Of a DNA stretch of 64,000 bases, positions 9,403 through 19,847 are shown one piece after another; the stretch's first letter is position 1, and every line of letters begins with the position of its first letter. Below the pieces are notes generated by a model that saw nothing but the letters and a program-made list of their open reading frames with translations, made no database searches and was not told the origin of the DNA. This DNA comes from Candidatus Poseidoniales archaeon (GTDB taxonomy: Archaea; Thermoplasmatota; Poseidoniia; Poseidoniales; Poseidoniaceae), in NCBI GenBank assembly GCA_009887195.1, contig QXXX01000073.1, positions 2,000 to 65,999 of the forward strand, written 5' to 3'. The position numbers and the translations under genes are program-made.

Positions 9403-10437
9403 GTGGAAGCAAACCATTCTAAGTATGGCTTTTTTGAGTGGCTTGCCATTTTCATCGTTGTTTTTGCGGCAACTTCACTATATTTTTATTCACCAGAAGA
9501 GACTCAAAGCGAGGCGCATTTGACCGCATTATCGGGTACTATTGAATTATCTACTAGAGACTCAATGGACTCTTTTGGTCTCCAAGATTTCAAAACGGGG
9601 GCAATTGCAAATCTAAATCTGACAAGTTTTCCAGTTGTGGTAACAGACTGCGGAAATTGCAATGCCGAGATAACAGGGGTAACTCTACAAGGCGAGATAA
9701 TAATCACAGAATTATATGATTTCGAGAATAGAAAGGGTAGAGTAGAAGGTAAACTAAACTTCACCCACTTGATTTATCAATCATCGACAGATTACATCGA
9801 CCAAGAAAGAATTATTTTCAACTGGAATGCTGGGGATGTAGGCTCTTCCTGGGAGCTAATACTCAATCACAATCCGCCAAGATGGTTGCCGAGTCTTTCA
9901 GTAAATGCTAATTTCATTGAAACTTCGTTAGGAATAGAATCAAGATCAGGCCCTGAATTACTAATCAAGACGCCTGAGGATGGACTAAAGCTAATTCAAG
10001 CCTGCTTGCCGGATAGTTTTCTTTGCAAAAACACTGCACCAGATGCGACACTAATTGCTACTTTTGAGAAGGCTGTTTCGCCAATAGCCATAGCAGCGCC
10101 AACAAATTGGATTGAGCAAGATATCTCTAACCTCTCATCTTCCAGCCAAGACTTATCACTTATTGATGGAATAATCTCGGCTGAATTTCCATTAGCCAAT
10201 AACAACACTTTCATGGTGGCAAATACTGCAGCGATAGAACAAGCATCAACCTATCAATTAACATCAAACACCAGTTCATTAAGCCCTCTATCGGCTTGGT
10301 TTTCCGCAGTTGGTCTAACAACATTCGAGATTAAATTACATGGCAATATACTAGTTAAAACCCAAACCGAAAGTCATGAATGTTACAACATTTTAGATGC
10401 TAACGGAGGATTGAATATTGGCCTGTTGATTCAATAG
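9403..10437 (+). CDS. Hypothetical secreted or membrane-anchored protein
   Basis: 344 aa with an N-terminal hydrophobic anchor (WLAIFIVVFAATSLYFY). The remainder is Ser/Thr/Asn-rich and predicted extracellular. Confidence 0.4.
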   Translation: MEANHSKYGFFEWLAIFIVVFAATSLYFYSPEETQSEAHLTALSGTIELSTRDSMDSFGLQDFKTGAIANLNLTSFPVVVTDCGNCNAEITGVTLQGEIIITELYDFENRKGRVEGKLNFTHLIYQSSTDYIDQERIIFNWNAGDVGSSWELILNHNPPRWLPSLSVNANFIETSLGIESRSGPELLIKTPEDGLKLIQACLPDSFLCKNTAPDATLIATFEKAVSPIAIAAPTNWIEQDISNLSSSSQDLSLIDGIISAEFPLANNNTFMVANTAAIEQASTYQLTSNTSSLSPLSAWFSAVGLTTFEIKLHGNILVKTQTESHECYNILDANGGLNIGLLIQ

Positions 10438-10491
10438 ATGAAATTTTATAAATACAATTATTATTTATAATACCTATGAGATACAAATACC

Positions 10492-13400
10492 ATGCGAAAT
10501 AAGGCATTTTTGTTAATCTTAATTTTAATAACGATGACGGCCCAACCAATAGTTGCTAGCGATATTGCCCCAAATGCCACCTCTCCAACCAACCAAGACA
10601 CAATAAGCGTCGATGGATTTGTTACAACAAAATTCACCAGCATTGGCGACACGATTGAAATTTTTGCCAACACAAAAGGGCATTCAGGAAACGTTCAAAC
10701 AACATCAACTATAGTGACTGCCAACATCCTTCACTACCCGGATAATGATCCAATAGGAATCATAACCCAAGGCGAAACACCCCAAAACCCAGTAGTGATT
10801 GATACAGTTGTTATGCAACCAGATGGCTATCACGATGATTCTCAAGAAGTCATGGTTTGGTCAGGAACATATACCGTTCCTATCAATTCTCTTGGCGGAG
10901 TTTATGGTGCCAGTATCTCCATGGAAGAAGGCGGTTTGACGGCAACAGATAATCCAACCCAGATTCCTGATAAATTAGTTTCAGAGATTGAACAACTTCT
11001 CCAAACCATTGACGACACATGGGATTCAGCCAATCCAACTATGGATATGAAAGCAGTTTTCGACAATCTCAATTCATCAGGCACAAATAACGGCGGATGG
11101 ACACAATTTGTCAATGATGCAACACGCGGCTCTGGATTGGGTGGCAGCGCTCAATTGTGGAACAACATGCTTTCTGCAGGATATAATAATCCTGGATATG
11201 ACATGGTAGAAGGCGCTAAATTCCTCGAAGCTTTAATGGAGTTTCTTGAATCCTCGGATCTCGATGCCGGAATGGCTTTTTTGACCGGATTATTTGTGTA
11301 CGGTAATGAATTCCCACTTCCCAGAACAATCAACGATTTTAGTGATGTAGCAGACTATATCTCGTCATTTGATCCAATCGAAAACTTCACCAGATTCGCT
11401 GGAACAGAAGACTTCTCTGCAGCCTACGATGCCATGCTGGGCAGCAATGAGTGGCAAGAACTAGAAACAGCACTAGATAATCTAGCAGATAATACTGCAG
11501 TGTTCGAGTCAGTTCAAACAGTGCTTCGAAACATCGCCCTATTATCGGTTTCAATTCACCCTGAAGCAATAATTGCCGGCTTTGAAGCATGGGTTGAGCC
11601 ATTAGCGAATGATGATTATAACAACATGACACCATTCCAAAAGTTGGTTGTTAGTTGGTCTGAAATGGACGTTAATATTGTTGATGAAGACGGAGATGAG
11701 TTTCCTGATAACATAATTTGGGAATATGAATTACTGCTTAATACAACAGAAGGATTACAATGGCAGGCAAAAATGGAATCCTCTCATCAATATGTTGCAG
11801 ACGGATTTGACGACTTCAACATGTTTGATATTGAACTGCTCACAATACTTAGAGACACATTTGAGGACCCAACTTGGCAAGATGCCGGCGAGGCAGTTCA
11901 AGAGTTTTCTCAATGGGCTGCTAATGCCTCAATATCCCGTAATTTGGAATGGGAATATGATTGGGAGTCAGAAGAAGATGACTCCGACAACGACGACACA
12001 GAAGCCGACGACGATGACACCGACAGTTATCAGTATGTGATATTTGATAACCTACACCCGATACAAACATTCGAACTTAACAAATATCATCTAGACATTG
12101 GTTTTGAACTGAGAATTGATGGTGGTTTTAATGATAATGATTATCCAGATGATTTCAATATGACAGTAACTAACGATGAGGGTGATGTTACCAATGTTTT
12201 ATTGGTGCGAACACTTGGCTACTATAATTCATATTTTGGTAGATTTACTGCTGCCGATATTGGAGTAAATACCTACAGTTTTAGTCAACCATTGGAAACA
12301 TTCCGTCCGCCATGCGCCGATTATGGTTGTGTTATTGACCGAGCCGAGTTTGAATTTAAGACACTACAACCATCTTTGATAGAGTCAATGCCACTTGAGG
12401 TGATGGATGAGATTTTCCTAGTTTCAGCCGTGGGAGTAATTGTTGATCAGGATGAAACATTGTTGGTAAATGAGCCATACACCGTTGAAACAACCACTTA
12501 TGATGCCGTTGATGGGGCTCTATCTGGTGCCAATGTTGACGCCGCAATACTTCGCGTTTCACCAGGACTGGGCGCTTCTGCTGCGTCTACATTATCGGCA
12601 GATGGCGATCTTACAATCAATAGTGCTGAGCCATCAACCTTGACAGGAAATTATGGTGGAAGTGATGCCATTGACGTCTTGTCAGTTACTATTGAGCCGC
12701 GCACTCACGACTCTGAAGATGGAGAGTTGAGCGACGATCCGGCTGCCTTTTCAGGCAGCATAGACTACGCTGGCGATAGTACAACAGGCTGGGATTTGTC
12801 TGCGACATTAAGCGGACAGCATTCCCAATCAGACCGCGGAGTCGCAGTAATCACCACTAGCGGGGAAACAGCAGAAGGCTTAGAATTCTCTTTTACCAAT
12901 GAAATGCCATTACCAAGCACACCACCATGCACAATTACTACGGGCAATGAGGGGAGCTCTAATGAAATCGACCTTCAGATGCGTTGGAGAAACTACTACT
13001 ATGACACTGAGGATTACAGAGAGTACTTCGACCCTACAGAAACAGTTTCTTACACTATAGATTGGGGAGATGGTACAACCACTACCGACACTATTAGCAG
13101 TTCACATGCAGATTTTGGCGAAGATGGACAATATCAGACGTCACAAACCCATTACTACAATCCTTCCACGTCAGGGCAAGAATCGTATAATATTGTTATA
13201 GATTATGAATTTGAATATGGCGCCCACTACTATCATAGCATGGTTTACAAAGAAAACCATGGATTTGAGTATTATGATGAGGAAGGCAATATGTACTACG
13301 ATGGATGGTTTGCAACTAATGACGAGTGGCTCTACTGCCGTCTAAATGAACCAGATGCCTCGGCAACCCCTAGCGCATCAATAATCAACGAATTCATCAC

Positions 13401-15807
13401 CAACGGTCCATTTGAAGTTATGACTCAACAGGTTTCTACCTCCGATGTCGATGGGAAGTCTTCGCTAACCATCACCCCACCGCACACAGGTGCCTATGTT
13501 TCAATAGTTCAATCTGAAGTAATCCGTGCTACTGATGGGGAAACACTGACCGGCATTGGACTAAATTTCGGTCTAGCAACACAAGGCAGTATTCGAATAA
13601 GTAACCTAGATGTAATTGATTACTTCTCAGGCTTGCCAGTATATGCCGCTAATACCAGCCAATCAACACAGTCGGTAACTGTGGAGGCAACGGGAATATC
13701 AAATACTCATCATAAGACTACTATTGGACATTTGCCATTGGACTTATCGGTAGCATTCGAAGATGTTTCGTGGGCAGCTGAGCCTAATATCCAAGACATC
13801 ACATTCAATCCAGGAGAAACCAGCCGTAGCGTACAATTAACTCATGGAGCGCCGCTGTCGCTGATTGGTATTTTCTCTACGGAATCAGACCCGCAGGGCG
13901 AAGTAAGCACCGATCAAACCTTATCACCCCTGGCCGTTCATTTTGGTTTGATACTTCACAACCCGCAAGAATTAGCCATCAATGGAGCCCTTGGCCCTGG
14001 ACAGACTACGAATATTGCGTTATCAGAATCTATTGAGCAGGCCAATAGAATCCTTGCTGTAGCGTCACCAAGCCATGGCTTTGACCCAGCGACTGTTGAT
14101 TTCTCGACCATTACCGAATTGATTTCAAATGAAGCATTAAGGCCAGCAACCGATTGGCCAGGTGTTGAAGAAAATATAGTTTCAGTTTGTGAAGAGATTG
14201 ACCATTACGGCGATCATGAATGGAACCCGGAAACGGAGAGTCGTGAGCCAATGCTCAAGATAACCGTGCGTCACGGATCCGATGCTATCCAATATGGTAA
14301 CTATGAAGGATACAGTTTTTCCATGACTAATCATGAGTTAGTGCACGTTGAAACTGGCCAAAGTTATGACCATCTGCCTCTAAGCAGTAGTAATAATGGG
14401 CAACCTCAAACATCAATTAGACTTAATTATCCTACTTCTGAAATGCCGACTGGAACATATTCGTTCAACACTGAGACTTCCTTGGATTCATCAGTGGAAC
14501 TAGAGTTACATGACCCATACGGTCCAAGCTATGACGAATCAGATAATCAAGAGGAGTGCGAAAACAATCTAGACTTAACCGATACAGAAAGTTTCGATAT
14601 GTTCGACAAGTATGTTACTAGATTTAGCACAATTGCCTGGGGGCAAGGGTCAAGCGCTGACTTGGAATTACCATATCTGTCTTCACCAGTTTCAGAGTAT
14701 ACTGTTATTGCAATTGCCCAACAAGGCTCAGGTCAGTCTGCCAATTTAGTTTCTGCAATTAGCACCACGCTCTCAGTTCCAAATCCTGAACCACCGGCAA
14801 TGGAAAACCTTTCACTAGTTTTCTCACCATCAAACCCTGCACCAGGGGACATCGTACTAGTGACTATCACTGACGAGTCAAACAACCCTGTTGAAGGATT
14901 ATCAATCACAGTTGTTAGAGGCGATGAAACATTAACCAGCCTTCTTAGCAATGAAAACGGCCAAAACTCCTTCCCAATACTTGTTGGCGATATCACCATT
15001 AGAGTCTCTGGCGGACAGTATTATCCTGTAGAGATTTCTCTTCAAGTGGACCAAGACGGGATTGATGATGATGACGGATTGCCCGGCGATAGAGACGCTG
15101 ACGGTTATGGTGACCTGTTGGATGCCTTCCCCGATGACTCAAGCGAGTGGTTTGATACAGATTTGGATAATATCGGCAATAATGCAGATACTGACGATGA
15201 CTCAGACGGTATACTGGATGACCAGGAATTACTGTCTAACCCACAAACTAATCCACTAAAAGCGGATACCGATAACGATGGTTATTGCGACGGAGCCATT
15301 GACGTCTTCCAAATGTGCGTCGGTGGAGATTTATTCCCAATCGACTCATCAGAATGGGCTGACTCGGACAATGACGGAATTGGCGATAACTCAGACCCAA
15401 CACCGTTCGGGGATATTGACGATAATCAAAATAACCAAAACGGCACGGGAGATCTTACCGATAACAGTACGGATTCGCAACAAGATTCGGAGTCCGAATC
15501 GTCTGATTCAACGTCCAATAGCATGGTATTAATTGGCGGCTCAATAGGGCTGATTGTAATACTAATCGCGGTTGGATTGTTTATTACATTACGTAATAGA
15601 GGTGACGAAGTTGATGAAAAACAATTTGCTAAAGAAGAGGAATTATTTGATACAGTATCCCCAACAATTGCTGCAACCCCTTCAACGCCTCCAATTACTG
15701 CTAGAGGAGAAATGCATGATGGTTATGAAGCCATACAATTCCCTGCAGGCTCTGGCAATTGGTTCTATCGAGACCCGACAACAGGGTCCTGGGTCGAATG
15801 GCGCTGA
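10492..15807 (+). CDS. Giant cell-surface protein (1771 aa) with a PKD-like domain, a CarboxypepD_reg-like domain, thrombospondin type-3-like Ca-binding repeats, a C-terminal TM anchor and a cytoplasmic tail
   Basis: Has a signal peptide (MRNKAFLLILILITMTAQPIVASD) and a PKD-like YTIDWGDGTTTTD...HYY motif. A poly-acidic stretch (SEEDDSDNDDTEADDDDTD) is present. Aspartate-rich TSP3-like repeats (DTDLDNIGNNADTDDDSDGILDD, DSDNDGIGDNSD) lie at about 15050-15430. The TM helix (MVLIGGSIGLIVILIAVGLFITL) at about 15525-15596 is followed by a 70-aa tail. Confidence 0.7.
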   Translation: MRNKAFLLILILITMTAQPIVASDIAPNATSPTNQDTISVDGFVTTKFTSIGDTIEIFANTKGHSGNVQTTSTIVTANILHYPDNDPIGIITQGETPQNPVVIDTVVMQPDGYHDDSQEVMVWSGTYTVPINSLGGVYGASISMEEGGLTATDNPTQIPDKLVSEIEQLLQTIDDTWDSANPTMDMKAVFDNLNSSGTNNGGWTQFVNDATRGSGLGGSAQLWNNMLSAGYNNPGYDMVEGAKFLEALMEFLESSDLDAGMAFLTGLFVYGNEFPLPRTINDFSDVADYISSFDPIENFTRFAGTEDFSAAYDAMLGSNEWQELETALDNLADNTAVFESVQTVLRNIALLSVSIHPEAIIAGFEAWVEPLANDDYNNMTPFQKLVVSWSEMDVNIVDEDGDEFPDNIIWEYELLLNTTEGLQWQAKMESSHQYVADGFDDFNMFDIELLTILRDTFEDPTWQDAGEAVQEFSQWAANASISRNLEWEYDWESEEDDSDNDDTEADDDDTDSYQYVIFDNLHPIQTFELNKYHLDIGFELRIDGGFNDNDYPDDFNMTVTNDEGDVTNVLLVRTLGYYNSYFGRFTAADIGVNTYSFSQPLETFRPPCADYGCVIDRAEFEFKTLQPSLIESMPLEVMDEIFLVSAVGVIVDQDETLLVNEPYTVETTTYDAVDGALSGANVDAAILRVSPGLGASAASTLSADGDLTINSAEPSTLTGNYGGSDAIDVLSVTIEPRTHDSEDGELSDDPAAFSGSIDYAGDSTTGWDLSATLSGQHSQSDRGVAVITTSGETAEGLEFSFTNEMPLPSTPPCTITTGNEGSSNEIDLQMRWRNYYYDTEDYREYFDPTETVSYTIDWGDGTTTTDTISSSHADFGEDGQYQTSQTHYYNPSTSGQESYNIVIDYEFEYGAHYYHSMVYKENHGFEYYDEEGNMYYDGWFATNDEWLYCRLNEPDASATPSASIINEFITNGPFEVMTQQVSTSDVDGKSSLTITPPHTGAYVSIVQSEVIRATDGETLTGIGLNFGLATQGSIRISNLDVIDYFSGLPVYAANTSQSTQSVTVEATGISNTHHKTTIGHLPLDLSVAFEDVSWAAEPNIQDITFNPGETSRSVQLTHGAPLSLIGIFSTESDPQGEVSTDQTLSPLAVHFGLILHNPQELAINGALGPGQTTNIALSESIEQANRILAVASPSHGFDPATVDFSTITELISNEALRPATDWPGVEENIVSVCEEIDHYGDHEWNPETESREPMLKITVRHGSDAIQYGNYEGYSFSMTNHELVHVETGQSYDHLPLSSSNNGQPQTSIRLNYPTSEMPTGTYSFNTETSLDSSVELELHDPYGPSYDESDNQEECENNLDLTDTESFDMFDKYVTRFSTIAWGQGSSADLELPYLSSPVSEYTVIAIAQQGSGQSANLVSAISTTLSVPNPEPPAMENLSLVFSPSNPAPGDIVLVTITDESNNPVEGLSITVVRGDETLTSLLSNENGQNSFPILVGDITIRVSGGQYYPVEISLQVDQDGIDDDDGLPGDRDADGYGDLLDAFPDDSSEWFDTDLDNIGNNADTDDDSDGILDDQELLSNPQTNPLKADTDNDGYCDGAIDVFQMCVGGDLFPIDSSEWADSDNDGIGDNSDPTPFGDIDDNQNNQNGTGDLTDNSTDSQQDSESESSDSTSNSMVLIGGSIGLIVILIAVGLFITLRNRGDEVDEKQFAKEEELFDTVSPTIAATPSTPPITARGEMHDGYEAIQFPAGSGNWFYRDPTTGSWVEWR

Positions 15808-15828
15808 AGTTAATCACTGAGTGATGTT

Positions 15829-18018
15829 ATGGGCGCCAAGAGGATGAAATTAATTGTATTAATTTCATTGTGTATCCTTAGCCTGCCCGCAATAATCTCC
15901 CCTCCTCAAACCTCGATGGCTACTGAAGCAATCTTTGAAGACCCAGCAATGCAGAGAATAAAATCAGAAGGTAATGACTCAACCATTTCAGCATATCTAA
16001 TCATTCGAGTTCAACACGAAGACTTAGGTCCGCTAACCAGCAACTTCTCACGCGTTGAGCAATTGTACAATATAGAGCAAGAAGCACGCACATCTACCGA
16101 TTCAAATTACTCATTTGATTCGAATAAAGTCTATATTAAGCGTCTTGAAACCCCCTTTTCAGCTTGGGAAGGCGCATTTAATACGCGCAATAAGAGCTTG
16201 GCTAATGCAGCCAGTTGGGGGGAAGTTCTGCAGCCAACCAATGAAGAAGGGTGGTGCTCAGAGGAGGCAAATGCTGCCGAAAACAACGCCCTTCAGGCCA
16301 CTTTACTTTTGCTGCCCAAGGAATCTAACATCGGAGTGGCATGTCCAGAATTTGCTGGAGCATCGGCAACCCAACCCCCTCAGGCCAATGAATTGTTATG
16401 GTTAATTTGGCTTGATTCCAGTGAAAAACCAGTAGATTGGTCTGAACTATCGATTTGGTGCGAAAAGATTTCTGCTAATTCGGAGTTTAACTTTGAGCCG
16501 GCCGGTGTCAATATGCTGTTTAAGGAAGCAGAACTGATCGCCAAGGACGACTTATCGAAAATCTTACCAATAACTGCGGTTATTTTGCTGGCAATTTTGT
16601 GGTTGTTTTTCAGAGACATCCAGATTACATTAATGACTCTAGGTTCGGTTGTGTTGGTCGTTTTGGCAGTAATTGGTTTTCTTCAATTATTTGATTACCA
16701 ATTTTCAGTTATTGACGGTATTGCAATTCCTATTATAATGGGAGTAGCGGTTGATGGGGCATTCTGGTATAAATCTTCGAACAAACCAACTAAAGAGGTG
16801 AGGGAGATATTGCTATTGGCAATGGCAACAACGGTTGCTGCGGTGTCTCTAGCGCTTTTTTCACCCATTAAAGCCCAACGTGGCCTTGCCCTGGTGATGA
16901 TTATCGGGATTGTCTTTGATTGGCTACTTACTAGGTTTGTGCTAGAGGAATATTACCTCAAATTCCGAACTGCACCAATAGTTAACGATGGGGTAAATTT
17001 TTCTTCTGAAAATAAAATAAAATGGGGCTGGCCAGTGGCGCTACTTACCTTAGTGATGATTGCTGTAACATCTCCTACCGGTGTTGAGGCGCTAGATATC
17101 AACCAATTCTTGCCCGAGGATAGTGAATCACTGGATGAACTTAGTGAACTTAGGGACATGTACGTCATAGCATCTAGTACGATTGTATTCATCACCTTCG
17201 ATTTAGACAACGCGGATTCCCGTGAATTAAGTAATCTAAATAATTTCAAACAACAATTTGTTCAACACCCCAATATCATTGCCTATGACACCGGCCTATC
17301 AAGAGAGATACTAGTGTTGGGCCTGGACGATATAAGCGGAGATTCTAGCTTTGATGACCTCTATGACAGTACAACTGAATCAATTTTGGTCAAAGACCCA
17401 TGGCTAAGAGTTGATGGAGAGGTCACAGGGGCGTTTATCCTTGCAGTGATTGATGGCGAGAATGCTCAATCAGCTTACCAATTTTCTCTTGATACTCAGG
17501 ATTTACTCGATGATAATGACTTGTCTGGAGAGATTGGTGGGGATTTAATCACCGGAATTAGTTTGGCAAAATCATTTGAACAGACACGAATTTTGCAGAT
17601 AATTTTTGCTGGAATAATAGTCTTCACGATTTCTCGGGCAATGACCGGTTCAACCAATCGAGCCGCAAGAATAGCGGTTGGTACAATAGCCGTTGGTATT
17701 GCAGTTGATGGACTGGCCAGCCATCTTGGCGGCAGAGGCGTTAATACCGCTCCAGCAGTATTACTTGGCATGGGATTTGCCGCTGACTATCTATCCCATG
17801 CAAGTGATAAAATCACCTCTTGGAAATTTGATAATATGGCGCGGTGGGGTGCAGCAATCACTTCTTGCAGCGTCTTTTTCGTAGTATCATTTAGCAAATT
17901 CCCACCGGCAAAGGATACCGGGGTTTTACTTACTTTAACTATCATAATTTCGGTATTTCTCGCCACCCTACTCTCAACAGTTTCCCATGAGGGGGCAATT
18001 AAGCAACAGGAAGAGTAG
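15829..18018 (+). CDS. RND-superfamily (MMPL/SecDF-like) membrane exporter, two 6-TM bundles each preceded by a large extracytoplasmic loop
   Basis: 729 aa with a signal/anchor, a roughly 200-aa soluble loop, a TM cluster with GxxxD-type motifs (IPIIMGVAVDGAFWY; IAVGIAVDGLASHLGG) and a second soluble loop plus TM cluster. This topology is typical of the RND superfamily. It starts 21 bp downstream of the giant surface protein on the same strand. Confidence 0.5.
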   Translation: MGAKRMKLIVLISLCILSLPAIISPPQTSMATEAIFEDPAMQRIKSEGNDSTISAYLIIRVQHEDLGPLTSNFSRVEQLYNIEQEARTSTDSNYSFDSNKVYIKRLETPFSAWEGAFNTRNKSLANAASWGEVLQPTNEEGWCSEEANAAENNALQATLLLLPKESNIGVACPEFAGASATQPPQANELLWLIWLDSSEKPVDWSELSIWCEKISANSEFNFEPAGVNMLFKEAELIAKDDLSKILPITAVILLAILWLFFRDIQITLMTLGSVVLVVLAVIGFLQLFDYQFSVIDGIAIPIIMGVAVDGAFWYKSSNKPTKEVREILLLAMATTVAAVSLALFSPIKAQRGLALVMIIGIVFDWLLTRFVLEEYYLKFRTAPIVNDGVNFSSENKIKWGWPVALLTLVMIAVTSPTGVEALDINQFLPEDSESLDELSELRDMYVIASSTIVFITFDLDNADSRELSNLNNFKQQFVQHPNIIAYDTGLSREILVLGLDDISGDSSFDDLYDSTTESILVKDPWLRVDGEVTGAFILAVIDGENAQSAYQFSLDTQDLLDDNDLSGEIGGDLITGISLAKSFEQTRILQIIFAGIIVFTISRAMTGSTNRAARIAVGTIAVGIAVDGLASHLGGRGVNTAPAVLLGMGFAADYLSHASDKITSWKFDNMARWGAAITSCSVFFVVSFSKFPPAKDTGVLLTLTIIISVFLATLLSTVSHEGAIKQQEE

Positions 18019-18055
18019 CCAATAGTTATATCAAAATGAATAGTGAGCAAAGAAC

Positions 18056-18619
18056 ATGAGCCCCCTATTCGAGATGGACCAATATCTTATCCAAACAAAA
18101 TTTTTACGAATTCTTGGTGGAGCTTTTTGGTTTAAAGATCTACAAGGAAACGTTGTTGCTTACTCCAAACAAAAGCGTTTCAAAATTAAAGAAGACATTG
18201 TATTGTATGCTGATGAGTCATGTACCGTAGCCCTATTACAAATTAAAGCCAGAAGCGTCCTTGATTTAGCTGCAACCTACGATGTTTTTGATTTGTCAAC
18301 CAATGAACACATTGGCTCAGTCAAGAGAAATTTCATGAAGTCAATAATCAAAGATAGTTGGAAACTACTAGACGTTGAAGGAAATCAATACGGCGAATTA
18401 ATTGAAGACAGTATTGCTATTCTGCGCCGATTTATACCACTTATCCCAGCTAAATTTCACTTTGAAATTCCCGGCCACGAAGGTATAACCATTCACCAAC
18501 AATTTAACCCAATTATCAGAAAGTCGTTGTTAACAATACCACCAGGTCACCCAATGGATAGAAGAATGATTGCAGCCATTACGCTACTTAATTCCGCTAT
18601 TGAAGGCCGACAAGGCTAA
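18056..18619 (+). CDS. Hypothetical protein (possible Tubby-C-terminal-like / LURP-one-related fold)
   Basis: 187 aa. Its overall pattern loosely resembles DUF567/LOR-family proteins, a weak call from memory. Confidence 0.3.
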   Translation: MSPLFEMDQYLIQTKFLRILGGAFWFKDLQGNVVAYSKQKRFKIKEDIVLYADESCTVALLQIKARSVLDLAATYDVFDLSTNEHIGSVKRNFMKSIIKDSWKLLDVEGNQYGELIEDSIAILRRFIPLIPAKFHFEIPGHEGITIHQQFNPIIRKSLLTIPPGHPMDRRMIAAITLLNSAIEGRQG

Positions 18620-18673
18620 TCAAGCAAACCATCCAAACAATGGTTTCATGCTTAATCACAGTTTAGCATTGCC

Positions 18674-19804
18674 GTGGCGCGAGTAATAATTGTCGGGGCG
18701 GGGATTGCTGGCTTATCCGCGGCAATACATGCATCATCATATGGACACCACGTTGTTTTGCTGGAAAAGTCCTCACGCATAGGCGGGCGAGGCACATCAC
18801 AAAATGTCGACGGATTTTCACTCCATTACGGCCCCCATTTACTAGATAAAAAGGGTCCATTCTACCAATTATGCCACAAGCTAAGCAGAACGAAACTCTC
18901 ATTGAAGCCTCTGCGATTAGACAAAATTGAAGCAGCAGGTCATGGTTTAATTCGACCAACAGGCAATATCAAACAAGCAGCCGAAAATCTCCGAGCCTTG
19001 AGAACTCAAGATGCGGCAAATCCCTACTTTCAAGCCACAAACTTCCTCACTAACTGGGGCGGTAAGGATAATCAAAAACGTATCAAATCACTTCGCAAGG
19101 GCAAGCTGTGTATTTCAAACGAAGGATGGATTGGTTTGGTAGGCAGGCTTGGTGCGGCTTTAGATGAAATAGGCGTGTTAATCGAAACAAAATGTGAGGT
19201 GGCCACCATTAATGAAAATAAAATTTGTTTAACCGACGGCCGAGAGGTTGAATGCGATGCAGTAATACTGGCGTGTGGAGTGAACATGGCTAAACAATTG
19301 CTCGAAACCGTGGACGAGGATTTAGCTAGGCGGAAATTTGCTAATCTTAGTAAAATCACTGCCAGCTTTATCGAGGCCGGCATTGCCTCAAAACCAATGG
19401 CGGGTAAACATGCAATCGTTGATTCAGGTAACAAAATGGCAGTATTTGATAATATTGCAATCCAACCTAGACTTGGCGCTAGTGGGTCACATATTTCCGC
19501 AATTGCTGTTGGCGGATTAAACGGCGCTGATAAAGTATACCAATCAGCAAAACAACGTTCAGCAAAGTTAGCAGATTTTCTCGATAAACACATTTCTGGT
19601 TGGCAAGATAATATCGTTACAGATCTGCGCCAATCTAGTATTATTGTAAGTTATCAGGGCAGCGTGGATGGGAGTATTTTTGCCAAAAACAATATTTTAC
19701 TCGCCGGCCAGTGGGTAAGTTCAGATTATGTTCTTTCAGATGCTGCAGCAGATACTGGTAAAAGTGCTGCTAAGAGAGTAACGGACCTCCATCCAACAAA
19801 ATGA
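18674..19804 (+). CDS. FAD/NAD(P)-binding oxidoreductase (amine-oxidase / CrtI-like family)
   Basis: Has the N-terminal Rossmann dinucleotide motif VIIVGAGIAGLSAA...LLEKSSRIGGR, and the 376-aa length fits flavin-dependent amine oxidase or desaturase-like enzymes. Confidence 0.6.
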   Translation: MARVIIVGAGIAGLSAAIHASSYGHHVVLLEKSSRIGGRGTSQNVDGFSLHYGPHLLDKKGPFYQLCHKLSRTKLSLKPLRLDKIEAAGHGLIRPTGNIKQAAENLRALRTQDAANPYFQATNFLTNWGGKDNQKRIKSLRKGKLCISNEGWIGLVGRLGAALDEIGVLIETKCEVATINENKICLTDGREVECDAVILACGVNMAKQLLETVDEDLARRKFANLSKITASFIEAGIASKPMAGKHAIVDSGNKMAVFDNIAIQPRLGASGSHISAIAVGGLNGADKVYQSAKQRSAKLADFLDKHISGWQDNIVTDLRQSSIIVSYQGSVDGSIFAKNNILLAGQWVSSDYVLSDAAADTGKSAAKRVTDLHPTK

Positions 19805-19847
19805 TGGATATGAAATCGTTATTCACTGCCGGCTTGACCGGTAAACC

